From: a bacterium
GTDB taxonomy: Bacteria; Electryoneota; Electryoneia; Electryoneales; Electryoneaceae
Direction: 5' to 3'
NCBI GenBank assembly: GCA_963675295.2
Contig: CAXXKJ010000002.1
Coordinates: 3,008,001 to 3,072,000, forward strand
Length of the DNA: 64,000 nt
The position numbers and the translations under genes were made by a program. Below, in pieces: positions 21,001 through 29,329 of the stretch; within the stretch, counting starts at the first letter, position 1; each line of letters begins with the position of its first letter. The notes below the pieces were generated by a model. The model saw only the letters and a list, made by a program, of their open reading frames with translations, searched no databases and was not told where the DNA came from.

Positions 21001-21016
21001 CAGATTGCTGAGCACG

Positions 21017-22225
21017 TCAGGTTGTTTTAGCGATCCGGTTTTGTCCGTTGTGCCCAAGCGAACTGTTCAGCACCAACAGCACCGCCACCGGAAGCAGGAT
21101 CGGCAGCAGGTATTTCTCCCAGTTCTGGTACGACAACGGCAGCACAGCGATATAGCTGGCGATCACCAGCAGCAATCGTGCGCCGGTGTTGGTGAATCCT
21201 CTCCGAATCGCATCCTTGTTCGACGCGAAAAGGTTGAACAATACGACACAGCCGAACACAAACGCGACCAGCAACACACCATGCACCACCAGATCTGGCA
21301 GCACTGCGTTCATCGCTTTGTGGACCAGCCCGACGGTATCAATCCCCATTTGCACCACGGTTACCTGCGACGCCCTGACCGGGAATAACAGATAGAAACC
21401 AGCAGCGGCCGGGATGATCCAAACCGAACCTTTCATCACCCGGATCAGCTTCCACGCCAACAGCAGCAAAGGGGCACTGTACACCACGAGCATCGCGATC
21501 AGGGTGGTGAACGTGTGCGGATTCCATCGCAGCGGTTCGTTCAGCGTCCATTTCGCCAGTCCCGCCGGTGGACTCAGCCCTCCCCATTGCAACATCAGCA
21601 GCAGCAACGGAAACATCGGCAGAATGGCGGCGATCAACCACCAGATACCCTGCCGTTTCTCGCTGCGCCAGACACCGAGCAACCCGATCAGTCCGGCTGA
21701 CAGCAGGAATGAGACCGCGTATTGCCGTGTCAGCAATGCAAGCGCAGCAGTCACGAGGAACCACAGCGGTTTATCGTCGAGCAACGCGAGGATAATGCCG
21801 AGCACAAAGACCTGGAACAGCATGTCGGTGTAGATGAACGCGCCGGCACCGGTGAAGTACGGATTGATCAGCAGCCACGCGGTCACCAGCAGCGCCTGCC
21901 AGTCGTGCCGGGTGCACCTTCGCAGCATGACAAAACTTAGCAGCGACGCGATCCCCGCCAGCAGCATCGACAACGGGCGCAGATTCGCCAAATCAGTGCC
22001 AAAGAGCCTGCCCCAGGCAGCGTACGCGACAAACGTCAGCGGCGGCACAACCTCGGGATAATCCCAGTGTTCAACATCGCCCTGTGAGAACAGCAGCACC
22101 GTGTCGTGGAAATGGTCCTCGTCACCCCACGGCGGACGGTCGAATCCGCCGGTCGCAAGGAGCAGCGTGCTCGCCAATACGACCGGCAGCAGGAACGCCA
22201 CCACCATCCACAGGGTCCGGGTCAC
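21017..22225 (-). CDS. GT-C (ArnT/PMT/ALG10-like) integral membrane glycosyltransferase
   Basis: First loop WGDEDHF, YP...PP, YTD, A.LTRQY, WEKYLLP, and many transmembrane segments. Confidence 0.7.
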   Translation of the reverse strand: MTRTLWMVVAFLLPVVLASTLLLATGGFDRPPWGDEDHFHDTVLLFSQGDVEHWDYPEVVPPLTFVAYAAWGRLFGTDLANLRPLSMLLAGIASLLSFVMLRRCTRHDWQALLVTAWLLINPYFTGAGAFIYTDMLFQVFVLGIILALLDDKPLWFLVTAALALLTRQYAVSFLLSAGLIGLLGVWRSEKRQGIWWLIAAILPMFPLLLLMLQWGGLSPPAGLAKWTLNEPLRWNPHTFTTLIAMLVVYSAPLLLLAWKLIRVMKGSVWIIPAAAGFYLLFPVRASQVTVVQMGIDTVGLVHKAMNAVLPDLVVHGVLLVAFVFGCVVLFNLFASNKDAIRRGFTNTGARLLLVIASYIAVLPLSYQNWEKYLLPILLPVAVLLVLNSSLGHNGQNRIAKTT

Positions 22226-22259
22226 GGTTCAGCCGTTGTCACTGGTTCCACGGAACGGG

Positions 22260-23561
22260 CTACGCGTTTTCGATCAGATGCCCCATCTTTTCCCGCTTGG
22301 TACGCAGGTAGCCGAGGTTCTTCTCGTTCGGCTTGATATCGATCGGAACCCGGTCAGCGACTTCCAGTCCGTATCCCTGCAGCCCGACGATCTTCTTCGG
22401 GTTGTTGGTCATCAGACGGATCTTTCGCACACCGAGATTCTCGAGAATCTGTGCGCCGACGCCGTAGGTTCGCAGGTCAGCCGCAAAGCCGAGCAGCACA
22501 TTCGCCTCGACGGTGTCGTGCCCCTGGTCCTGCAACTTGTAGGCGTGCAATTTGGCCTCGAGCCCGATACCGCGTCCTTCCTGCCGCATGTAGAGGAAGA
22601 CGCCCTTGCCCTCCTGCTCGATCATCTCCAGCGCGCGGTCACGCTGTTCGCCGCAGTCGCAGCGCTGGCTGCCGAGAACGTCCCCGGTGAGGCATTCGCT
22701 ATGGACACGCACCAGCACCGGTTCGTCCGGCTCCCATGTGCCCTTCACCAACGCCACGTGTTCCTTGTTATTGCCCAGTTCGCGGAAGTGAACGAGCTGG
22801 AAATCGCCATGCTTGGACGGCAGCGGCACCTCGACCCGGCGCTCGACCAACCGTTCGAAATGGCGGCGGTACTCGATCAGATCCTTGATCGTGTACATCC
22901 GGATGCCGGTCTTCTTGCTCATCTCGGTCAGTTCTGGAACGCGTGACATGGTGCCGTCATCGTTCATGATCTCGCAGATAACCGCCAGCGAATTCAGTCC
23001 GGCGAGACGAGCCAGGTCGGTGGATCCCTCGGTGTGTCCGGCGCGGCGCAATACGCCGCCATCCACCGCGATGATCGGGTGGATGTGGCCGGGTCGGGCG
23101 AAATCTTCTGGCCGCGAGGTCGGATCGGCGGCCTTCAGCACCGTCGCAGCACGGTCGGGTGCGGAGATGCCAGTCGTCGTTACCCCGACGGCGTCAATGG
23201 TGATGGTGAAGTTGGTGCTGTGCAGCGCCGTATTGTTCGAGACCATCGGCTGCAGGTCGAGTTCGGCGGCCCGTTTCTCATCCAGAGACAGGCAGATCAT
23301 CCCACGGCCTTCCTTCGCCATGAAGTTGATCGCTTCCGGGGTAATTTTCTCCGCCGCCATCACGAGGTCGCCCTCGTTTTCCCGGTCTTCGTCGTCCACG
23401 AGAATGATCATGCGGCCTTCACGCATGTCCTCGATGGCCTTCTCAATCGGGTGGAAGATCGTTTCGTTGACCGAATCGGCAGCCTTGTTCTCACTGGTGC
23501 CGTTGGAATTGGAATCGTGGCTCATGTCACGGTTCGTCTCGTTGCGAGTGTTCTCACTCAT
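22260..23561 (-). CDS. ribBA: Bifunctional DHBP synthase / GTP cyclohydrolase II
   Basis: DDEDRENEGDL, RPGHIHP, RAGHTEG, RVHSECLTGDVLGSQRCDCG, QEGRGIG, MTNNP. Start could be 23525. Confidence 0.97.
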   Translation of the reverse strand: MSENTRNETNRDMSHDSNSNGTSENKAADSVNETIFHPIEKAIEDMREGRMIILVDDEDRENEGDLVMAAEKITPEAINFMAKEGRGMICLSLDEKRAAELDLQPMVSNNTALHSTNFTITIDAVGVTTTGISAPDRAATVLKAADPTSRPEDFARPGHIHPIIAVDGGVLRRAGHTEGSTDLARLAGLNSLAVICEIMNDDGTMSRVPELTEMSKKTGIRMYTIKDLIEYRRHFERLVERRVEVPLPSKHGDFQLVHFRELGNNKEHVALVKGTWEPDEPVLVRVHSECLTGDVLGSQRCDCGEQRDRALEMIEQEGKGVFLYMRQEGRGIGLEAKLHAYKLQDQGHDTVEANVLLGFAADLRTYGVGAQILENLGVRKIRLMTNNPKKIVGLQGYGLEVADRVPIDIKPNEKNLGYLRTKREKMGHLIENA

Positions 23562-23689
23562 CCTGCCACTCCCATGACTGTATCGTGAATCAAGCTTTCG
23601 TAGTGACTGTATCGGTGTAGCGCACTTGCTGTCGTATTGTTTGGCACGCCAAATCCGCGCCAGTTGTATATCCTGCCCCAGGAATTCAT

Positions 23690-23975
23690 GTGTGGGTTTG
23701 TCCCAATCTACATGTCTGGGTTTATCCCAATCTTAAAAGAGCAGTGTGCCCCTTATGGCTTTGCTGTGTGCCCCGACCAGCTTGCTGGTCGGGATCATCC
23801 GCCTATCAATGTGCCCCTGATGGCTCTGCCAGCAGGGATCATCCGCGTCCGCAAGCGGACACGGGCACGATACGGGGACACACCAACCAGCTGTTTCAAC
23901 TCTCTCGCATCCGCGTCCGCAAGCGGACACGGGCACGATATGGGGACACTTTGGGGACAAAGTGTCCCCGTATCC
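23690..23975. repeat. Intergenic cluster of REP-like repeats and hairpins
   Basis: TGGGTTT(G/A)TCCCAATCT twice; GTGCCC-hairpin units at 23767 and 23810; a 42-bp direct repeat at 23840-23881 and 23908-23949 (1 mismatch); a 17-bp-stem hairpin at 23937-23974. Confidence 0.85.
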
Positions 23976-23985
23976 TACCCTTCGA

Positions 23986-24624
23986 TCAGAAACCGGCTTC
24001 CCGCAGTTTGTCCATCGTCAGGCCGCCGGCGGTGTGCGGGCCAAGCATGTTGCGGACATACTTCGCGATCAGATCCCACTCGACATGCACCTTCTCCCCC
24101 GGTTTCAAGAGATGCAGCGTGGTCTGCTGCCAGGTGTGCGGGATGATCTCGACCTCGAAGGCGTCGTCCAACCGTTTCGCGACGGTCAGGCTGACACCGT
24201 GCAACGCGACCGATCCCTTCTCCACGATGAACGGCGCATCCGCTTCCGGCAGCTCCAGCCGCAGGCGTGTCGATCCGGCCAGGGGCTGGACGTTCAACAA
24301 GTTGATCATGCCATCCACATGTCCCTGCACGAGGTGGCCGCCGAGCCGGTCGGTAGGACGCATCGCCCGTTCCAGGTTGACCGGATCGCCGGGCTTGAAC
24401 TCGCCGAGGCGGGTGCGTTGCAGAGTCTCACGCACCACTTCGACGGTGAACAGGTTCTTCTCAAGGGTGACCACGGTCTGGCAGGCACCGTTCAGCGCGA
24501 TGCTGTCGCCGATTTTGACGGTCCCGTCGAGGATCTCGTGCGCTTCGACGGTCAACGTCGCGCCCTCGCCACGGGGACGGTTCCCCCGGATGGTTCCGAC
24601 TTCTTCAATCAATCCGGTGAACAT
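23986..24624 (-). CDS. ribE: Riboflavin synthase alpha chain
   Basis: MFTGLIE, GDSIALNGACQTV, VNLERA, GGHLVQGHVD, KGSVAL.GVSLTV, IIPHT. Confidence 0.96.
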   Translation of the reverse strand: MFTGLIEEVGTIRGNRPRGEGATLTVEAHEILDGTVKIGDSIALNGACQTVVTLEKNLFTVEVVRETLQRTRLGEFKPGDPVNLERAMRPTDRLGGHLVQGHVDGMINLLNVQPLAGSTRLRLELPEADAPFIVEKGSVALHGVSLTVAKRLDDAFEVEIIPHTWQQTTLHLLKPGEKVHVEWDLIAKYVRNMLGPHTAGGLTMDKLREAGF

Positions 24625-25730
24625 CAGCGGTTCTCCCGGTGAATCACACGCGCGGCGACATGCAGATCGTTGCCGATCTTGCGCCACTGCATCGGCGCGA
24701 GACGGATTGCGTCGTGCACTTTCAGGATGCCGAGGTCGCTGATCGCCTCGATGCCGGTACCGATCAGCATCGGCGCGACCACCACCTCCACCTTGTCGAC
24801 CAGGTCCTGGTCGAGGAACGATGTCCAGATCCGGCTGCCACCTTCGACGAGCAGCGATCCGACCCCGAGCTCACTGATGATGTGATGGACCTGCCGTAGA
24901 TCAACTCGTCCGTTCTCATCCGGATCGGTGTGGAACAGGGACACGTTCGGGTTGTTCGCCCACGCCGGCACCGGCGCGTCCTTGAGGCCGAACACCCAGG
25001 TCGGGGCATCGTCCGGCGTGTTGATGATCTTTGCCTTCGGATTCATGCGGAACTGGCTGTCAACCACAATCCGCACCGGGTTGCGACCCGGCACATGACG
25101 GACGGTCAGCTGGCAATCGTCCGCGGCGACGGTTCCCGATCCAACCAGCACAGCATCGTGCATCGCGCGCAGCAGGTGGGCGTAACGCAGGCTCTGCTTG
25201 CCGGATATCCACTGGCTGTGGCCGGTGATCGCTGCAATCCGGCCGTCGAGCGACTGGGCGATCTTGAGCGTGACCCATGTCCGCCCGGTCGCCGCTTTCT
25301 TCAGGTATGGCTGGTTGAGCAACGCGGCTTCGTCCTCGAGCAGGCCAACCTCGACCTCGACGCCCGCATCCCGCAGTTGTTGAAATCCTTTACCGGACAC
25401 CTTCGGGTTCGGATCTTCCATCGCGGCGACAACACGCGCAATGCCGGATTCGAGGATTCGTTCGGTACAAGGTGGTGTCTTCCCGTAATGGCAGCATGGC
25501 TCGAGGTTGACATAAAGCGTTGCACCTTTCGCCAGCTTGCCGGCTTTCTTCAGCGCGTGCACCTCGGCATGCGGACCACCGAACCGCCGGTGGTAGCCGT
25601 CTCCAACGATGACGCCGTCCCGGACCACCACCGCGCCGACCATCGGATTTGGCGCAACCCAGGCCCGTCCACGGCGTGCGAGCATGATTGCACGCGCCAT
25701 CATCTGCTCGTCGAATGTCTTTTCTTTCAG
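24624..25730 (-). CDS. ribD: Riboflavin deaminase/reductase
   Basis: PNPMVGAVV, HAE, LEPCCH.GKTPPC, AQSLDG, VEGG. Start is either CTG 25730 (good RBS) or ATG 25703. Confidence 0.95.
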   Translation of the reverse strand: MKEKTFDEQMMARAIMLARRGRAWVAPNPMVGAVVVRDGVIVGDGYHRRFGGPHAEVHALKKAGKLAKGATLYVNLEPCCHYGKTPPCTERILESGIARVVAAMEDPNPKVSGKGFQQLRDAGVEVEVGLLEDEAALLNQPYLKKAATGRTWVTLKIAQSLDGRIAAITGHSQWISGKQSLRYAHLLRAMHDAVLVGSGTVAADDCQLTVRHVPGRNPVRIVVDSQFRMNPKAKIINTPDDAPTWVFGLKDAPVPAWANNPNVSLFHTDPDENGRVDLRQVHHIISELGVGSLLVEGGSRIWTSFLDQDLVDKVEVVVAPMLIGTGIEAISDLGILKVHDAIRLAPMQWRKIGNDLHVAARVIHRENR

Positions 25731-25744
25731 CGTAGATCCCTCAC

Positions 25745-25782
25745 AAATACAAAAGCCCCAACGGTTTGCTACCGTCGGGGCT
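25745..25782 (-). terminator. Riboswitch expression-platform terminator upstream of ribD
   Basis: Minus strand AGCCCCGACGGT-AGCAA-ACCGTTGGGGCT followed by TTTGTATTT. Confidence 0.85.
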
Positions 25783-25880
25783 GAGATGGACACATGCAGG
25801 GAGCCCGTTTCTCCATGAAACGGTCTCTCCACGCATCGTTAAAGATGCGTAACGTTGTGGTCCGGGGACAGATGTCCCCT

Positions 25881-26032
25881 GCCTTCTCCCATCCGGACTT
25901 TCACCGTCGGCACCGGAATTTCACCGGTCCAACCTGTAGGAGGGCTGACGAGCCACCATGGCTCTCGGGCTCCTCCGATCAGGGTCGCGGGCTCTCACCG
26001 CCGGTCTGGAATTGCACCAGGCCCCGAAGGCG
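25881..26032 (-). promoter_or_regulatory. FMN riboswitch (RFN element)
   Basis: Minus strand CTTCGGGGC..GGTGCAATTCC..ACCGGCGGT..AGCCCGCGA...GACCGGTGAAATTCCGGTGCCGACGGTGAAAGTCCGGATGGGAGAAG, upstream of the rib operon. Confidence 0.97.
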
Positions 26033-26353
26033 TGAAAAATATAGCTGTGTTCAGGGTCACGGCGCAATCTGCCGAGAGATACCATCTTTTGTGAAACTTG
26101 TGGCTCTTGTCATTTTCTTGGATCTCAAGAGTGTATACTTACAACCGACAAGAAAAAGTGAGCATTGGGTCTTGCTTGCCGGGAGCTTGTAACGTACGTT
26201 CGGTGCGGCGTGGAAGGTGCACGGCTGAGGGGGACCCCACCTTCTTGTCTCACGGGATAGCAGATTGCTTCCATTTTCGGCTCACTTGGACTTGGATGCG
26301 TACTGTGTATCTGGTTAGCTTGGCCGTGTAGGCGCTGGAGGAGCATTTTTTCG

Positions 26354-26887
26354 ATGAGTGAGATGAGTACCGCGACTTCAGTGGAACGCACATCCCCAGG
26401 GCAGGATTCGGATGTGAAGAATTCGTCTTCCAGTCAGGCCAGCAGATCCCCGAACACGGACACTGTGTCTCGTCCAGGCAGCAACGGTCATACACCGGAT
26501 AAGACGTTGGACAACAATTCCGCAACGGCATACATGCAGGTTTCCGGACCACAGCAACCCGGCTCGCAGAAGTTCATTGAGAAGGCCGGTACCATTTTCG
26601 GCGCGTTTGGCAAGTTCATGTACAACACGTTCAGTTTCGCGATGTACATGGTGGGCTTGTTTGGATTCCTCTGCGGTGCATCGGTACCGATTGTGACTCT
26701 GTGGTTCTTCCTCAATGTGGACGTCACCATCCGCTGGTGGCACATCATCCTTGGCGTTGGCGGAAACATCGGGATCTTCATTGTCTCGATGAACATGATC
26801 CGTGATCTGTACGTGCAGCCGTTGATCGAGAAGATCGAGGCGGCGCAGTCGAGGGCGACGTGGGGCGAACCGCCGTCACGTCACTGA
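26354..26887 (+). CDS. Hypothetical membrane protein (disordered N-terminus, two transmembrane helices)
   Basis: GGAGGAG upstream, coding-like codon use, downstream terminator. Confidence 0.7.
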   Translation: MSEMSTATSVERTSPGQDSDVKNSSSSQASRSPNTDTVSRPGSNGHTPDKTLDNNSATAYMQVSGPQQPGSQKFIEKAGTIFGAFGKFMYNTFSFAMYMVGLFGFLCGASVPIVTLWFFLNVDVTIRWWHIILGVGGNIGIFIVSMNMIRDLYVQPLIEKIEAAQSRATWGEPPSRH

Positions 26888-26912
26888 GATACGCCGGTTG
26901 TGAAGCGACTCC

Positions 26913-26936
26913 AACGCCCCGGCCGGGGCGTTTTCT
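26913..26936 (+). terminator. Intrinsic terminator
   Basis: AACGCCCC-GGCC-GGGGCGTTTTCT. Confidence 0.8.
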
Positions 26937-27183
26937 CATTCCCCGCGGCTCCAGGGGAGCGATTCTTGCTTAAGTCTGGTTCAGATTAAATTGATTGTCC
27001 AAGTGTTCCAAAACGAACAAGCGCTGTCGGTCCTCCGGGAATCTCGAGGAAAAACGAGATTGGAGTGGAAATTTGGTCGGCGACGTACGTACGTTAGGAA
27101 CGCTTAACAAGTTGAGAAGGATACTATTTGTCCCGAGCCCCCCAATTGGCGCGGGCACAGAAGATTAACTGGAGATGCGCCCG

Positions 27184-27549
27184 ATGAAGAACGTATTTGT
27201 GCTCTTGCTCGCAATTGTGATGACTGGTGGACTGTTGGTTGGCGCGAACGCGGTAAATGCCGGAAACGCGGTGACCAAGGCGGATATGGGAAGCTGCTGC
27301 CCGTCCACGACCACCACGATCCAGATGCAGAAGATGGACAGTGGTTGCTGCCCGGGTGAAGCGGTTCAGGCCCAGAAGACCGACAGCTGCTGCCCCGGCG
27401 AAGCTGCTCCGATCACGGCTGAGAAGGAATCCAGCTGCCATGGCGACATTCAGACCAAGACCATCTCGGGAGATGACTGCCCGTCGGCCGGTCATTGTCC
27501 GGAATCCGGCAAGGCCCAGATGGAAAGCCCGAGCAAGAAGTCGATCTGA
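27184..27549 (+). CDS. Small secreted Cys-rich protein with CCP repeats
   Basis: GGAG RBS, signal peptide, SCCP/GCCP/SCCP/SCH/CPSAGHCP motifs, and its own terminator. Confidence 0.8.
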   Translation: MKNVFVLLLAIVMTGGLLVGANAVNAGNAVTKADMGSCCPSTTTTIQMQKMDSGCCPGEAVQAQKTDSCCPGEAAPITAEKESSCHGDIQTKTISGDDCPSAGHCPESGKAQMESPSKKSI

Positions 27550-27577
27550 ACTGCTTGACGTACGATTGTTGAGATAC

Positions 27578-27604
27578 GAAAGCCCCGCGATGCGGGGCTT
27601 TTCT
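27578..27604 (+). terminator. Intrinsic, probably bidirectional terminator
   Basis: GAAAGCCCCGC-GAT-GCGGGGCTTTTC. Confidence 0.85.
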
Positions 27605-27633
27605 CATCACATTAATTGTGGATCAGCCAGTAG

Positions 27634-27765
27634 GTCATTCCGAACGGAACGAAGAGAAGTGAGGAAGATCCAGCTTTGGGTTTGTGGGAAGAATGTGAAC
27701 TGTAGTAGAATCCATTCCGTAGCTGGACCTTCTTCGGCCGCAAACTGACGCGGCCTCAGAATGAC
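27634..27765. repeat. GTCATTCYG-bounded REP/MITE-like element, copy 3
   Basis: GTCATTCCGAAC...GAGGAAGATCCAGCT ... AGCTGGACCTTCTTC...CTCAGAATGAC, between convergent genes. Confidence 0.75.
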
Positions 27766-27779
27766 GCGTTCCCCACCAT

Positions 27780-28520
27780 TCATTTGTTGAAGCTGGCAAT
27801 TTCCTGTTTCGATAGCTTGCGGTAGGCGGCAGGTTTTAGCGATCCCAGCTGCACCTCACCGATTCGTACCCGCACCAGTTCCTTGACTTCGAGGTCGATC
27901 GTATCCGCCAGGCGCCGGATATGATTCTTGCGGCCTTCCTTGAGCACCACACGCACATACGACCCGACCGGTTCCGCCTTTTCGCAGCCGAAAGTGCGTC
28001 CGTCCTCTTCGAACGTGGCAGTCGCGAGGCGTTTGGCCGACGGCGTCGGCCGGCTGCCCTTGAAGCGCACGAGATACTCTTTTTCCTTCTCAAAGCTGGG
28101 GTGCATCACATGGTTCGCCCAGTCACCGTCGCTGGTGACCAGCAGCAGGCCGGAGGATGCCCGGTCAAGCCGTCCGGCGGGAAACAGGCGACGTTTGAAC
28201 GGGATCAGCACATCGAGCGTTTGTCCCTTCTCTTTCCCCTTGACGAAGGTCGAGAGCACGCCCGGCGGCTTGTTCAGCGCGAGGTAAATGTGCGCCTGTT
28301 CGCGAGGAATGACCTTGCCGTCGACTTCAATGGTCACTTCGCCCGGGTCGACCTTGCTACCCAGTTCACGGACTGCTTTGCCGTCCACGAGGACTCGGCC
28401 TTCGACCATCATCTGCTCGGCCTGGCGGCGGGACGCGACCCCCCGTTTCGAGAGTAACGCGCTGAGCCGGATGAGGCCGTCATCGGGTTTCGATTTCGGT
28501 TTCGGTTTTTGTTTAGCCAT
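27780..28520 (-). CDS. rluB: rRNA pseudouridine synthase (RsuA/RluB family, S4 domain)
   Basis: RGVASRRQAE, NKPPG, GRLDRASSGLLL..DG, HPS..EKEY, EGRKNHIRR. Confidence 0.85.
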   Translation of the reverse strand: MAKQKPKPKSKPDDGLIRLSALLSKRGVASRRQAEQMMVEGRVLVDGKAVRELGSKVDPGEVTIEVDGKVIPREQAHIYLALNKPPGVLSTFVKGKEKGQTLDVLIPFKRRLFPAGRLDRASSGLLLVTSDGDWANHVMHPSFEKEKEYLVRFKGSRPTPSAKRLATATFEEDGRTFGCEKAEPVGSYVRVVLKEGRKNHIRRLADTIDLEVKELVRVRIGEVQLGSLKPAAYRKLSKQEIASFNK

Positions 28521-28528
28521 GCTGGAAG

Positions 28529-29317
28529 CTACTGCTCGGAAGCGAAGACTTGCTCGAGGAATTGGTCAATGGTCTCGCGGGCCTGTTCTGCGAGTTCGGG
28601 GTCGTACGCCGCGCCACGGACTGTCGTCGGCGCGTCCGGATCCATGAATCCGCGCTGTGCACGGCCATAGACCACGAGTTCGTAGTCCACCCCACCCTCG
28701 CGCATCTCGTCGATGAATTCATGCAATTCGGACTTGCCGAGGTACGGATCGGAGTCGGCGTGCAGCACCAGCACGCGTCCCTGGATCTTGCGGCCATCAC
28801 TGGCGGATGCCGGTTTGATCGAGGCATTCACTGCGACGGTTCCGGCGAGACGTGCTCCGGTGCGCGCGAGTTCGAGCGCGGCGGTACCGCCAAACGCCTG
28901 CCCCATCACCGCGACCCGTTTCGCGTCCACGATCCAGTACTCTTTGGTGAAGGCGTCGAACGCACGGAACGCGCGTTTACGGAAGAAATCCCGGTCGGCG
29001 TACAGTTCTCGGGTCGCTTCCTTCGCCTCTTCGGCGTTGCGGGGACGAACGTCCCGGCCGAACAGGTCGGCGACCATCACGATATAGCCCGCACCGGCGT
29101 ATTGCCGGGCCAGCTCGATGTCTTTCGGCTGCGGACCGCGCCAGTCGTGGAACAGGATCAGTGCGGGACGTTTGTTGTCGGCGGCGTCGTTGTAGACGAC
29201 CGTTCCTTCGAGCGGGACGCCGTTGTGGTCATATTCCAACGGTTCTTCAAGGATGGAGGCGAACCCGGCCTGCGTGAGCAGGAGGAACAGTGTCGAAACG
29301 ATCAGCAGGTTGCGCAT
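28529..29317 (-). CDS. Secreted dienelactone-hydrolase-fold protein, apparently catalytically dead
   Basis: Signal peptide, HDW.G, A.AGY....DLFG, GQAFGG (usually GxCxGG), H..SDP, YGRAQRGF (usually Y..A.H.F). Confidence 0.8.
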   Translation of the reverse strand: MRNLLIVSTLFLLLTQAGFASILEEPLEYDHNGVPLEGTVVYNDAADNKRPALILFHDWRGPQPKDIELARQYAGAGYIVMVADLFGRDVRPRNAEEAKEATRELYADRDFFRKRAFRAFDAFTKEYWIVDAKRVAVMGQAFGGTAALELARTGARLAGTVAVNASIKPASASDGRKIQGRVLVLHADSDPYLGKSELHEFIDEMREGGVDYELVVYGRAQRGFMDPDAPTTVRGAAYDPELAEQARETIDQFLEQVFASEQ

Positions 29318-29329
29318 GGTGACGGCCTG

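Noticed and set aside
23840-23949. Two 42-bp direct repeats with a 26-bp spacer, resembling a mini CRISPR
   Set aside because: Only two units, no cas genes or leader, and the unit belongs to a dispersed REP-like family also seen at 20943.
26107-26155. Short inverted repeats (TCTTG-N5-CAAGA) and TATACT in the divergent promoter region
   Set aside because: Plausible promoter or operator, but the arms are short and the -35 spacing is non-canonical.
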